Shown here one piece after another: positions 28,091 through 41,514 of a DNA stretch of 64,000 nt (positions within the stretch are counted from its first letter, which is position 1; every line of letters starts with the position of its first letter). Origin of the DNA: Epiperipatus broadwayi. Taxonomy: Eukaryota > Animalia > Onychophora. The position numbers and the translations under genes are program-made. The notes under the pieces are model-generated. The model had not been told where the DNA came from. It did not search any database and saw nothing but the letters and a program-made list of their open reading frames with translations. The DNA is taken from assembly GCA_028023455.1 (NCBI GenBank), contig JAQFVV010000003.1, positions 7,502,001-7,566,000 on the forward strand. Direction: 5' to 3'.

Positions 28091-29179
28091 AGTGTATTGA
28101 AATTTTATATATTCAAAAGCATAATTTTTTTTCCTCTTTTTTCGCACAACTATTATATATATATATATTATACAACAATGAAAATAATAATAACTGATCA
28201 TTTAAATATGAATGGAAAGTTATATAATATATTTATATAAATGTAGATTTGTAAGATATTTCATGTATGTAGAAATGTATGTATACACATTGTGCATTAT
28301 AGTTAGTGTACAAATAGATATATAACATATTGTATATATATATATATATATAAATGATGTACAATGTAGAGACTGTTGTTATATCTCCAGGATCATCTGA
28401 CAAGTTCCAATATGAAATAATATATAATGATAAAATAGAAGTTGGTTTCTCTATGTATAGATATGGGTGACTAGTTATGAATTCTTTTATATACTTGGTC
28501 TGCTTTTTGACTACCCAATTTAATTAAAATAATTATATATTACTTTTATTAGTTATCTGAATTTTCAGCAGGATATGGATGCTTTAAAATGCAGGGAAGA
28601 TTTATAGTGAAGATAGGATGAAAAATATATTGTTAAATTATTTTTAATCCATAAAATTTGCTAAGTCAGAAAGGTTTTGGAACCAAGATTTATTATTGCA
28701 CTTTTTTGCTTTTTCAGTGCAGATATTAGTACAATTCAAGAAATATTCCTTTCATTTCTAATTATTTAATTAAAAATATTATATTATTTATTTATTTGTC
28801 TAAAATGAGAAAAAATATCTTGACAATTCTTATCAAATTGAGAATGTTGTAAAGGACCATAGCATTGAGAGAACTGAATATAGTTATTGTTTTATGTAAA
28901 TATTTTTCTATGTTGATTATTGGCTTCCATCTTAAAAAATCTGATTTCCCTACAATATATGCAAGTTAGAACAGATGCTCCATGTAGTTGTAATCTGCAC
29001 ATATGTTTACAATAGAAAATTGATTTTTTGGAATAAAATAAGGAGTACATACCTGTAAAATGACTACACCATTTTAATAATTGATAGATTCATCCATAAT
29101 TTTTTTTTATGAAGGTATATTATAATGAGTAAAATATATGAATGCTTTATTTCCATGAGGTTGTAATATATTTATGAAT

Positions 29180-29330
29180 ACACAAACTGTATTAAGATCA
29201 AAGCTTTATTAACAATAAAAGTATTGGGGTGCTTAGCATGTTATGTCTATGACAATTATCTGTTGAAAGCATGCTAAGCACCCAGTATTTTTATTGTTAA
29301 TAAAGCTTCATTCTTAATACCATCTGTGTA
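29180..29330. repeat. Short palindrome, arms ~29180-29241 and ~29270-29330
   Basis: aagctttattaacaataaaagtattggggtgcttagcatg is mirrored by catgctaagcacccagtattttattgttaataaagctt. Confidence 0.9.
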
Positions 29331-30217
29331 TATGAATGTATATTATGTTGCAATAAAAAGGAATATTATCCAAGAATTTAAAGTCTCTAGTTGTGTAGAT
29401 GATTGCAACTATTAATAAAGGTATTTAAAAAGGACCAACCTACTTATGAAAGCAGATTCAAATTTTGTGTGAGAAGTAATAAAGGCTTGAATCCTGAGTT
29501 TTTCAGACTAACTATTAAAAAACCTTACTTTAAGATAAAGTAAAAATCTTCAAATTGTAATTATCCAATTCTTTCCATACTCTATCACTGACTATCAGGT
29601 TATCTAGATTGGGTAGTATTAGAATAAACTTCATGCCCTCTATATAGGTTCAAATAAAGTTTGTAAGATCTAATTAATAGAGAGATTGTCCAAAAAAATA
29701 CTTATCTGTCTCCTGCAATGATTGAATATTCAGCATATTCTATTATTGTTGGGCTGGTATTACGATTTTTAATTAGATGTTAGTATGTTCATATCTCATT
29801 AGTACCTTTTCATATAATTTATATAATATAGTTATGAAATTGTCCAAATGTTATGCAGTAATTATTTTTTATATATTTATTTATCATAATTTTGCTTGGA
29901 AGTCAAACAACCAAGCACAGCAAAAAAAAAAATTGAAATTTCATTTGATTCGAGCTTCAGATCACAGGTTTAGCAGGAAATTGCTCTAATTACCACCTAT
30001 GAGCTTCTTACATATTTATTTAAACAATTTACATCTAAGTGTAATTTTATCATTAATATTAGTTGTAAAGTTGTATCTGTCTTTTTCTCTTAATAAACTC
30101 AAATTCATCTTTGCTTTAATAAGTTAATGTGCATTTTCAGTTTGCAAATTTATTTAAATTGTATAATGATTTATTTTTTAAATATTTTATTGTATTTTTT
30201 TTTTTTTTTGCATATAG

Positions 30218-30274
30218 GCAGATGCAATTCTTAAGAAATGTCAAAAGTTATTAGCTAAGGATTACAAATACTCA
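30218..30274 (+). CDS. MTMR14: MTMR14 coding exon 2
   Basis: Long polypyrimidine tract then TAG|GCA. Encodes ADAILKKCQKLLAKDYKYS (cf. IEKRCLELFGRDYCFS). 57 nt, donor GTAAGT, phase 0 to 0. Confidence 0.88.
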
Positions 30275-32221
30275 GTAAGTTAATATATTTGATTTTTTTT
30301 TTAATTTTTAGTCGTGCATATTTAGACAATATATTTTAATAAGTCACAATTTAAATTATTAGTTGCATTTAGTTTTATGCTCGTTATGTGAACTAAAGGA
30401 CTTCATGATGTCATTGTGATGCCAATAATCTAAGTTTGAATCCAGGATGGATAAAACTTAAAAAAATTTCAGTTTTCAATTAGACTTAGGATTTGTTTTA
30501 TCCCCAGAAAGATGATCCATACCAATACAATTTTAACCATCTAATATTTGTCAGTAAATGAATATCTAACCATTCATAGTTAGAGACTAAAATAAGAATG
30601 GAAAATTATTAAAATCCTTATAAATCAGCATTTGGAAATCTTGTAATATTTGTTTCCCCCAGTATTCTTCTATGATGGCTGTTTTAGAAACCTTTGCCCT
30701 ACAAGGAGCTATTTAACGGCTGTTTTATCATTATGTACCTATATGAAATAGTTTCTTTTATTTAAAAAAAAAAAAATTAAATACAGCTTTTTTTCAAAGC
30801 ACGATATCTTGAAAAAAAAAAAAACCCTGATAGTTATTTCAGTATAACTGAAATTTATCTTTTGCAATAAAATTTATTATAATAACTACAAGACATTTAT
30901 AAGTATATGTATTTTTTTAAGCAGTTTTTAAATTGCTGTATGTATTTCATTTATTCACTTTAAATACATATCATCTTAATCAGCCTTCAGTGATGTGGAT
31001 GATTTGTTTCAGTATGTTTAAAATCAGACAGGCTGCTTAATGTCCAGCTTAGAATAATTAAGTATCTGATATACATAAGCCTAATAATCTTTTTATCCCC
31101 AAAAGGTCCCCCCTCCACCATTTGTATTGCTATTTTCAAATAAGTTGTAATTATTGTTCATCAGATTTTCTTCTTACATAGTTATTGGTCATTAAATTTT
31201 TGAGATTAGTAATATCATTGTGACAGCATATTTTTAATTAATAAATGAAACTTGGGAATAAAAAAAAAACTGATCAAGAATTATTTGGAAAATCTAATGA
31301 AATTAGGTCTCTAAAATTATTCACAATTATAGATAACAATTGTATAAGTAAATTATGGGCTCAGAATCCTTACCCATGGAGGCTGTATTAAAAGTGCAAT
31401 CATGATTTTGTTCTTTTGATCATCACAGTGATTTTTGCTTGGTTGTTTTATAGTTTTGTCATCTAAATATCTATTTATTGATCAATATTGGATGGATTGT
31501 TTGTCTCTTAGTATCTGAAAAAAAAACCTAAGCTTTTGAGAGAATTCCTTAGCTATGTGAAGTAATTTTCAAAAATTAGTCAGATTTGAACTCCAGATTC
31601 TAAATATGGTAGCTAAATGCTCTAACTACTACATTATGCATAGTATATAACCCATTATTCAATTAATTACAAAGTTTATCAATAATTATGAAAGTTATGG
31701 TTAGATTATATATTATTTATAACCTTACTTTTATGAATTTTAATGGTTACTATGATCAAGTGCTCATCATATTTTGGCTTATCATCAGACTTCTTTGCAG
31801 ATTAAATTGTAAATATGTACAATTTATTAGTTTATCATATTATCTGTTTGCAAATCTTGATCCTTCACCAGGCAGATACCTTAATATATAGGATATATAC
31901 TAAATATTTTGGGGGAAGAATTCCAATTAAGAGTTTATATATTAGTATAAACTATTGAGTATGAAAACTCTGAAATGAGTAAAGTTCTAAAAGCGTAAAT
32001 GTAATAGAATCATAAAATAAAGTTGTATTGATACAGAAGAAAATTCTTTTAATTTTATTATAGAAAAATATAATAAGTTACATCTTTTTTTTTTAACTAT
32101 TTTTATGGTGTGATCCCCTTTTCATTATATTATTTTTGTGCATCCCTTTTTAAAGTTTAGTAATGTGAAATTAGGATACTTTTTAAATTACTTATGCTTA
32201 TATTCATGTTCAAGTGCATAA

Positions 32222-32860
32222 AATATATATTTATCAAGGGCCTTCAAATTTAGAAAGAAGAGAGAAATAAGTAAAGGTACATATTTCTATAATATTGTTT
32301 TATTGAATAATTTCATACAAATTTTGAAATAATAATAATGAAAGTACTTAAATTTGAATATCGAAACATGGTTTAATATTATTAGTTAATTAGATTTAAT
32401 AATTAACAATAAAGATGGAGCTGTATTTCATTTACAAGCTTTGTAAATATCAAGTTTAAACTTGTCTTACGACTTGTAACTCTACATTTTTCAAACATTT
32501 TTTATATTAATTTCAAAGATAAATGAAAATAGAGAATATTTTTTAAACTAGCTCTTGTGAAGCCCATTAGATCATGGACTACTAATTAAGAACCTCATAT
32601 TAAATTGGTTTGTAGAAAAATTAAGCTTGTTACATAGGTTTATAAATGAAATGCAAAATTAATCTTTCATTAATTAATTAATTAAAATTAACAAGAAACA
32701 TTAGGTCATAGGTCAGTTTTCAGATATTATTATTATCATTATTATTACTGTAAATTTGTATGGAATTATTCCAATAAAAATAATATTATAAGAATATGTG
32801 TATTTACTTTTTTTTTTTTCTCTTTCCAAAGTTGAAGGCCCTTGATAAATAAATATTTGA
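32222..32860. repeat. Inverted repeat, arms ~32222-32340 and ~32735-32860, spacer ~400 bp
   Basis: atttatcaagggccttcaaatttagaaag is mirrored by ctttccaaagttgaaggcccttgataaat, with weaker similarity continuing inward. Confidence 0.8.
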
Positions 32861-33969
32861 TGTGGTTAGTGTTTTATATATATATCTTAATATTGTCTTT
32901 TTTCTTAAAGTATCTTTGGGCTATGGCCCTCATAACCAATAAAGTTAAGACAATTCTAAATATATGTCTAATTAAAACTTTTATAACCTTTATATAAATA
33001 TCTATGTATTTTCAGCAGATTTGAATATAATCTTAGAATTATAGTGAAGAGTATCATATCCTGCATTGGTTTAAAATATGCTAATACTTACTGGCATACT
33101 CAATACAGGCAAACAATAAATTGATTTCAAGAATAATTAAAAATAATTAATTCCTTGATTGTTTTGAAATTAATATGTATATCATTTGAAATAGTCCTGA
33201 ATGTCTTAAAATTTAACACAATTAATAACATAGCAAGAAATAATTAATCCTGTAGGTATTACAATCCTGCATTTATTCTTAATTTAACTATTTCAATAAT
33301 GATCAAAATTAAACCTCATAGAAATTCTTGGATTGGAAGCAATTGTTTTAGATGCAAGGCCAAATAACATGTATATGAAAGTCTGATACAGTGGAAAATA
33401 ACTTTACATAATTTGGGTATTTATAGCATTTAATAATAACTTAAAAGTATAAACATTAATCTTCGCAATAGCACATGAGTAGAAATCTTCCATTAGTTTA
33501 TACAATGAAATCCAGATAGCAATATTCAATGTCTGTATAGTTTAAATTAATTGTAGAAAGTCTTTAATATTATACTTATAAAATAAACAAACAAAAAGAT
33601 ATTGTGTCTAATTGACTTAATTATGTTTTTGTTTTCCATCTTCCAATGAATCCTTTTTTATCAAGTTGGAATTTGGGAGTGTCTTCATATGCATAATAAA
33701 ATAATATACTTTTTTCTTTTGCTTTTTTAAAATCAACAATATATTTTATTGGTAATGTTTCTGTTTATAGTTTTAATTGTCTAGATGTTTTATTCAGAAC
33801 TGTAATTCATAAATGGATTATATTAGTTATATTCCTGCACATATTTATTTACATTAATATTCTAGATTCATGTGCACTCACACTTATATGCATATATATG
33901 TACATTGCTTGTCTTTGTACAAAAAATTATATAATTTTTTCTTTCTTGTTTTTTATTTAAATACAAAAG

Positions 33970-35960
33970 CATTATGTATATCTATGCTCATTAAAAATAA
34001 TCAATTTAAAACAAAATTGAAATAGACAACTCACTATAAATAAGAATATTGTTTAATGCATCAATCTGACTTTCATTCCTTTATGGAATCTTTTCAAGAT
34101 GTTTCTTTTTACATATCACCTGACAATTATCCTTCAGCAACTCCCCCAATAGACATTATTTACATTATATTATAACAAATATAATTATTAAAATACATAC
34201 ATTAAATGTAATTAGTAAACTACATATATGTACATAAAAATGATTAAGCTTATTACAGTTCTTTTTTCCCCCCATAATATATATATATTTACAAATAATC
34301 TAAAAACAATAAAAATAATCCCTTTTTTCTATTTCTAAAATTATAACTCAAGTCCAATAATCTAACAATGCCCATTTTCCCTTTAATTGTTCTGGACCTT
34401 TAACCATGTTTTTACATTTGTTTAAATTTTCTTGAATATACAAAGTCTCATAACATTTTCTTTCCTTGTAATTTTTAATGTACTTTATTACTTGAATATT
34501 TTTTTCATAATTCATTTTATGTCCAGTATCCAAAAAATGTATATATGGCCCTGATCTTATATCTTTTTATTAATTACCGTATCATGCTCCTTATCTCTTT
34601 CCATTGCAGTCTTTTCTATCTGATCTATATATATCATATTGCAAAGGTCTTAACTAATTTTATAAACCAACCCTATTCTGTTTTTAATGTTACCCATCTT
34701 TTTTGAGTTACACATCCATTCCCCTAAAGATTATTTTTCCATCCTATTTTAATATCATCAGGTAACTTTTCTTTTATCAACGTCTTATATAAATGTTCTG
34801 AATATGGAACTGAAATCCACTTTCTATTTTTATACCTATGTCTTATACTACTTTTTGTATTATTATTTCTAAAAAAAATTTAATATCTTTTCTTTTATAT
34901 CCCATACTAACATAATCATTCTCAACTTTCAATTTCTGTTCAAATGCTTTTTTTATATTCAGTGTTAATCTATCATTCAATTTAATATAAAAGAAGCATT
35001 TGAACCAAAATTAGAAGTTGAGAATGATTCTGTTAGTATGGGATATAAAAGAAAATATATTAAGAAATTTTCAGAAGTAATAATAATACAAAAAATAGTG
35101 TAAGGCATAGATATAAAAATAGGAAGTGGGTTTCAGTTCCATATCCAGAGCATTTATATAAACATTGATAAAAGAAAAGTTACCTGATGATATTAAGATA
35201 GAATGGAAAATTAGGGAAATGGATGTGTTACTCAAAAAGGATGGGTATATTAAAAATAGGATAGGATTGGTTTATAGAATTAGTTGTGACTTTTGCAATA
35301 TGATATATATAAATCAGACAGGAAAGAGGTAAGGAGCATGATAGGGCAATTAATACAAAGGATATAAGATCAGGGTCATATATACATTTTTAGGATACAG
35401 GACATAAAATAAATTGTGAAAAAAATATTCAGGTAATAAAGTATGTTAAAAATTACAAGGGAAGAAAATGTTATGACCCTTTGTATATTATATTCAAGAA
35501 AATTTAAACAAATGTGTAAGCATGGTTAAAGGTCCAGTCCAATTGGGGGGGGGGGGGTGTACAGTGTTAGATTATTGGAAACTTTAGAGTTAGAATTTTA
35601 AAAATAGAAGGAAACGATTATTATTATTGTCTTTGGTTTTTTTTTAGATTAATTTGTAAATATATATATTATAGAGGAAAAAAGGATTGTAATAAGTTTA
35701 ATTATTTTTATGTATATATCTATTTTAATAATTAAATTTATTGTAATGTAATGTAATGTAAATAGTATCTATTGGGGGAAATGTTGTAGGGTAATTGATC
35801 ATGTGATTGTTTAAAAAGAAACAACTTGAAAAAGTTTTATTAAGGAATGAAAACCAGATTGATGTATTAAATAATATTTTTCTTTGTAGTGAGTTGTCTA
35901 CTTCAATTTTGTTTTAAATTGATTGTTTTTTAATTTTATATATAGAAGGCAACATTATGG
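33970..35960. mobile_element. Inverted duplication of the 3' end of a Penelope-like element (GIY-YIG), arms ~33970-34959 (-) and ~34984-35960 (+)
   Basis: Right arm reads GLVYRISCDFCNMIYINQTGK...DRAINTKDIRSGSYIHF..TGHKINCEKNIQVIK (PLE GIY-YIG). The left arm is its reverse complement (ORF 34348-34533). Weaker symmetry extends to ~33740 and ~36200. Confidence 0.9.
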
Positions 35961-38866
35961 ACAAATTTTAACATTGAAATTTGATCATTAGAGTATCTGT
36001 GCACATGTATTCTACATTTGCATAGATATTATAATTGTAATGTCATATAGAAATTAATAATGAAATGGTTATTGATTTTCATAAATTACAATTTATTATA
36101 TGATTTTAATATTGTAATACATTTGGCAGTTTACTCTTCTGAGGAAGATGGCTAGAAAGTTGAAACCCTAAAAATACACACATTGATAATTGAAAATTGC
36201 TAGAAATAGCATATTATTTTATTACAAATAAAAGTAATGCTAAAAAAGTAAATGTTTAATAGAATACCTTTATATGTATTGCAACAAAACAGCTTCATAT
36301 TCACATCATTCTACTCTTTTTTATATTATTCACCAGTAAAGTAGATTTAATTATATATATATTAATTTTTTAAAGTTCATAGCATGACTAACTTCTAGAA
36401 TCTTAGATTAAAACTGAAATTAGTGCCTTTTCCATTTATCTCAATTTTACTAATAAAATTGACTTGATTATTTTCTCCAGTATAATTTGTATGGTACTTC
36501 TAGAAAATTATTCCTTGCTCACATGAAAACAAAAAAACTCCATCTAAAACAAAGCATCATGTGATTTTCTAAAGTAACTTTCAACACCTATAATAAGAGC
36601 AGTAATTCTTATTTATTCTAATCCAAAGCATCTATTGTAAGCTTGAGTAATCAGTGGATAATAGATAATAGTGCAATATACAAATCCTCAGATTAGTTTC
36701 ATTTGATGAAGATCAATATTGAGAAGATTTGGATATAACTCTCCCATCTTCTGTTAATAAATTATTTAGTTTACAATAAATGCCTCCTGAACAATGTAAA
36801 CAGAGTGAATTATGACTCTCAACACAAAAACAATATCAGAGAGAGAAAATATGTTTGTTTAGAATTCCATGAAAACAAACAAAAAATGTTGCTGCAATCA
36901 AATGTTTACTTATAGTCTGGTGACTTTCCAACTCTTTGTTTTATCATCTCCTGGTATTTAAAGTAAGTGGGAAATCTATTAAAAAATATTTTTCATATTT
37001 ATAATAACATATGCTTGCCTAAATCTGAATCATAATAAATCATCTCCTTTCTCTAAACATGAAAACTATATATATTTGTAAATAGAAATAAATATGAATA
37101 ATAATGAATATAAAAATATTGAATTAAAGCAAAATATGACATATCAATATTTTATTCTGTGTGTGCTATAAAATTAAATTACCACCCATATTTATATCCT
37201 TACTATTACTCTTCACGTGTATCTAGAATTGGACTGATCAATTTGGTGCCTGGGGAAAGCCTTAAAAACTATCTTTTAAAATTGTTTAGAAGAATCTCAT
37301 TTTGCAAAAATAACATATCTGTCTATTATGAATACAAACTTGGGTTCAAATCCAGGCTAAATGTAATTCTTTTCAAGAGGCTTAGAAAGTTTAGCTAACC
37401 ATTAAACATTGATAAGCAAATGAAAAATTAACTGTAGAAATCACTTAAAACCTCATAATTTAATTGGAAAATGTGATGAGTACTGTCTTTTTCTTCGATG
37501 TTCTTGTATGAGGGGTTGATGGAGACTTTACCTTGCAAGGGTCTAGTTATTACAAAATATTGTTTTTATCTATTTATTTAAAATCATTACTGAATAAAAT
37601 AATGGATGTAGTTAGATATAATAACAAAAAATATGTGTTAAAAAAAAAAAAATATATTTAAAAAAAACATACACACACATATAAATAAAACTAAAAAAAT
37701 ACAGAAAAATGAAACAAAATTAAAAAAAATATCATTAAAAAAGTACAATTCATTAAATTATTTTTTAAGCTTTTGTTACAGCCAATAGTTTGATAACTTC
37801 TGTATAATTTGTTGTTTTAGATATGGATTTTTTTATAGAAATTATTGCTAGATTGCTTAATTTACCTAAAAAAACTTTTTACTTATAAAAAAAATTTTTG
37901 GCTGCTGTTTTACTTTTAGAAAAGATTAATAAAATTTTTGGCTACAATATTATTGATAAATATGCATTTAAACATTTTTTCACATATAAATTTCTAGTAC
38001 AATCAGGATTTAATTATTCATTTCCATTGAGTTCAGTTTTTCTTGTATCCATCTTGCAGGGAGTAAAAAGTTATTTTAAGCCAATAAATGTAAAAAATAA
38101 ATAATTAAGTGATACATTTCCCAAATATCACTAGGTCTTTTTTTTTATATCTTTAAAAAATGCAAGTAAATTTCAATATTTGTTATCTCCATTCTCAAAT
38201 GACCATTTAATTTTATTTTATAAATTATTTTTTTATAATTTTATAAGTACATTAAACTAACTATCAAAAAAACATTTATATTAAATAACACTTATATAAA
38301 AACCTAGATTTATCTTCAGGGTCAGTATATATGATAATACAGTAATATTTTTATAATTTATTTATAATCTTTGATCTAAAAAAAAATCATAAATACATAA
38401 TATAATGGTAGCAGCACATTGATTAGTCAATTTCAATGGTTTAAATTAAAAAAAAAAAAAACACAACACTTATGTAAGTGATAACCGAGTATGGGTGAGG
38501 GCAATTACCTAGTCTATTAACTACGAAGTATGATATATTTTGCTTCAAAATGGCATATCATTTGTAAATAAGTGTAAAATGTAATCATATATATATATGT
38601 TAAGTGTATATCTTGAATTAAATAAAATAATAATGAAGTCTAGTGATAATCATCCTAATGACAGTGATGATGTTCCAAATGTCCAATTAATATCATAATG
38701 GGTATAGACACTTAAATAAAGTGACTTTTGTTAGTACTAATGATTCGTCGTTGGCATCATGATGATAATAATAGATCACTTTATTCACATAATTCTAAAC
38801 TAAAATAACATGGAGAACAACACAGCCTAACTTATACCCACTACTATTCTAGGATGTGTTATAAAG

Positions 38867-39305
38867 CAGTGGTCAACAACCGGTGGTCTGGATCACTGGT
38901 GGTCTGTGATGTAATTTTAATGGTACACAAATCTATTATTTAAATTTGCTAAGCTCATTTAATAAAATTTTTAAATAAAAAGTAAATTTTGTTTAAGCCA
39001 TATTATTGTATGTAAAATAGAACAAGAACATTATACTGATAATCGATTTGTTACAAAATACAGTGATATGCAAAATATGTAACTCAAAGGCATTTAATTA
39101 ACCCCTACTCGGTCAGCCACATAGAAAAAGTAACAAAATAAGAATACCAAATTCTGTATAATTGACTAGACATCAAATTTGACTACAGCTCATTTTTGTG
39201 TTAAAATTAAAATTAGTAATATATAAATAAATTTATCTTGTATTAATTCATACCTTTAAAAATTATATTAGTGTTCCACGCTATCTAAAAGCTTGCCGAC
39301 CACTG
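38867..39305. mobile_element. hAT (Charlie/Buster-type) MITE, 439 bp
   Basis: TIRs CAGTGGTCAACAA and TTGCCGACCACTG, flanked by a perfect 8-bp TSD TTATAAAG (38859-38866 and 39306-39313) with central TA. Confidence 0.92.
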
Positions 39306-41416
39306 TTATAAAGTATAGATCAAGAGACTGATACATATGTATAAATGCATAAAAATGTGAACAAATATTTATATAGGATTATAAATAATCAAATAATTTA
39401 ATAAATAAATAATATATTATTAAATTACAATATAAAAAACAATAAAGTTCAATGGATTAATTGATGGATTCCTATTTCATCAAAATCAAAAATAGGAATT
39501 ATTAAATTACAAATATATCATCAAGAACAATGTAATAATTCATCTAGGCTATTACAAATTTCAAATAAATTATTTATGCAGATACAATAGTCGAAATAAA
39601 TGTATTTTTTATTTAGCTAAATATACAGTCTCTAATTATTTTCAATCAAAGATAAAATTATTTAACAAATTTGCAACATATTTTTACATGATTTTTAAAC
39701 AAATTATCAATACTTTTAAATATGTGTTAGTTACCAGCTCAAGCAAAAATATTATATATATAAAATCAATAGAATTAAATTTTTACCTTCCTTACATCAC
39801 TCTTTTAACAGCTTTTTCTTATTTTCCCCCCCTTTATTTAGCCTGCTTAGATCTCTCATCTGAGGCAGAACCCTAACCCTAACCTTTTATTTACCATATG
39901 TCAATCTCTTGAGGAAGCTTTTTATTTCTTCTTTATTCAACTTAGTTCTTTCCTGTCCTTCAACAGGGTATGAAACCATTTTATTTTAAAAAGTTTTTAA
40001 ATTGGTTCTGTTATTTTTAAAACTAAACTTGATATAAACATTTCTTTCTTTCAATAGAAACTTACAACATACTAATTATTTTCCATATAGATAACTTAAA
40101 ATAAATAACTTATTCTTAATATGTTGTATTTTAAACTAGATTGATTTTGTTTTAACTAGATGTTACTTCTGGTATATTCATCATACATACAACTTATAAT
40201 GATAGTGTTTTTTTTCTGTTTGTGCATATGTTTCATGGCATGTAATTATAAGATATTAAATTTTTAGTTTGTACTAAGACTAAATTTATCAGAAGTTCAT
40301 GTTGTCAGCTTTATATAAGTATGACCATATATTCTTATAATATTATATTCTTCTGGAACCAACTGGTTTCATTAGTCTAGGCGTGAATTACATATTGCAA
40401 CAGAATTTATGTTATTTAGCTACATTGCTCCACTTCAGAAAAAATAGCAATGATGGATCTATGATTTGTTTAGTTTTGCATACTTGGTTTGGCTGCTCTT
40501 GTTTTGATTGGCATGAACAAACCTGGCTGAACTAAGATTAAAAAAAAAACAGATTCTCTGAACTCTTATTTATATTTTTGTAAACATATCCTTTTTTCAC
40601 TAAAAAAAATTACTCAGGAAAATCTTAAGAATAAATGGGAAATTTGTTAAAATATCTCAAACCTTTTTTTTTTTTTTAATTTTATTTAGGAAATTTTCTG
40701 CTCCTAATTTAATAAAAATATTTTTTCATTTTTGTACCTGTCCCATTTTAATATCTGAGGTAGTTGTCTTAGTCTTCTTTATTGAACTGGTTCTGCATAT
40801 CTAATTTGCATTTATGCATATTATTATAAATATTTCTATTTATGTGATTTTTTTTTTTTTTTACATTTTAAAATATTAAATAAGATTTAGACTTACCATT
40901 ATATTCAAGCATAATTAAAACTAGCTGGATAGATCATTAACCAATGATATTAGAGTCATCCACTTTAATGATTATATCATCTATGTTTATAATCAATTTT
41001 GATGATTTTTCATGTGATTGCTGGCTGAGTTTATTTCATAACTCTGATCAGTGAAAAGCATCTTCTATGCTTTTCATTGTAAGTTTCAATATTTATAAAT
41101 GAATCTGACCAATCAGTGAATTCATAAACATTTTATTGTTTAACATGAAGATTGGAGAAATTGCTTTATAAATGTTTTTTTATAAGAAATTATTTTATGT
41201 AATTATTTTACAAATATGTGTTTTACATAAAAAACTAGATTTGAATTTGTTTTGTTTTATGTTTCAAAGGCACTTATTGATATGTACATACTATACACAC
41301 TTATGATATTAGTAATAAAGACAATAGAAGTATGTTTTTTAAGTACTGACTGTAATCATAAAATACCCTTTTTCTAAAAATAATAATAATACAGAGCTTC
41401 ATAACTTTATTTACAG

Positions 41417-41514
41417 ATTATTTATAACACAAATGGTGAATTAAGTGGTAATTATCCTGCACAAATATTTGCTTTAGAAGCTCCATTAACTGAAGGTAAT
41501 GAACCTGGAAAAGG
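41417..41514 (+). CDS. MTMR14: MTMR14 coding exon 3
   Basis: TTACAG|ATT acceptor. Encodes IIYNTNGELSGNYPAQIFALEAPLTEGNEPGK+GG (cf. VIPNTNGDICGHYPRHIVFLE). 98 nt, donor GTAAGT, phase 2. Confidence 0.92.

Noticed and set aside
31130-31175. Minus-strand CTGATGA...AATAA/TTATT...GAAA
   Set aside because: Helix III and the cleavage triplet are absent. Expected by chance in AT-rich DNA.
36540-36980. Possible Tc1/mariner transposase remnant on the - strand
   Set aside because: Only vague motif resemblance and no TIRs found.
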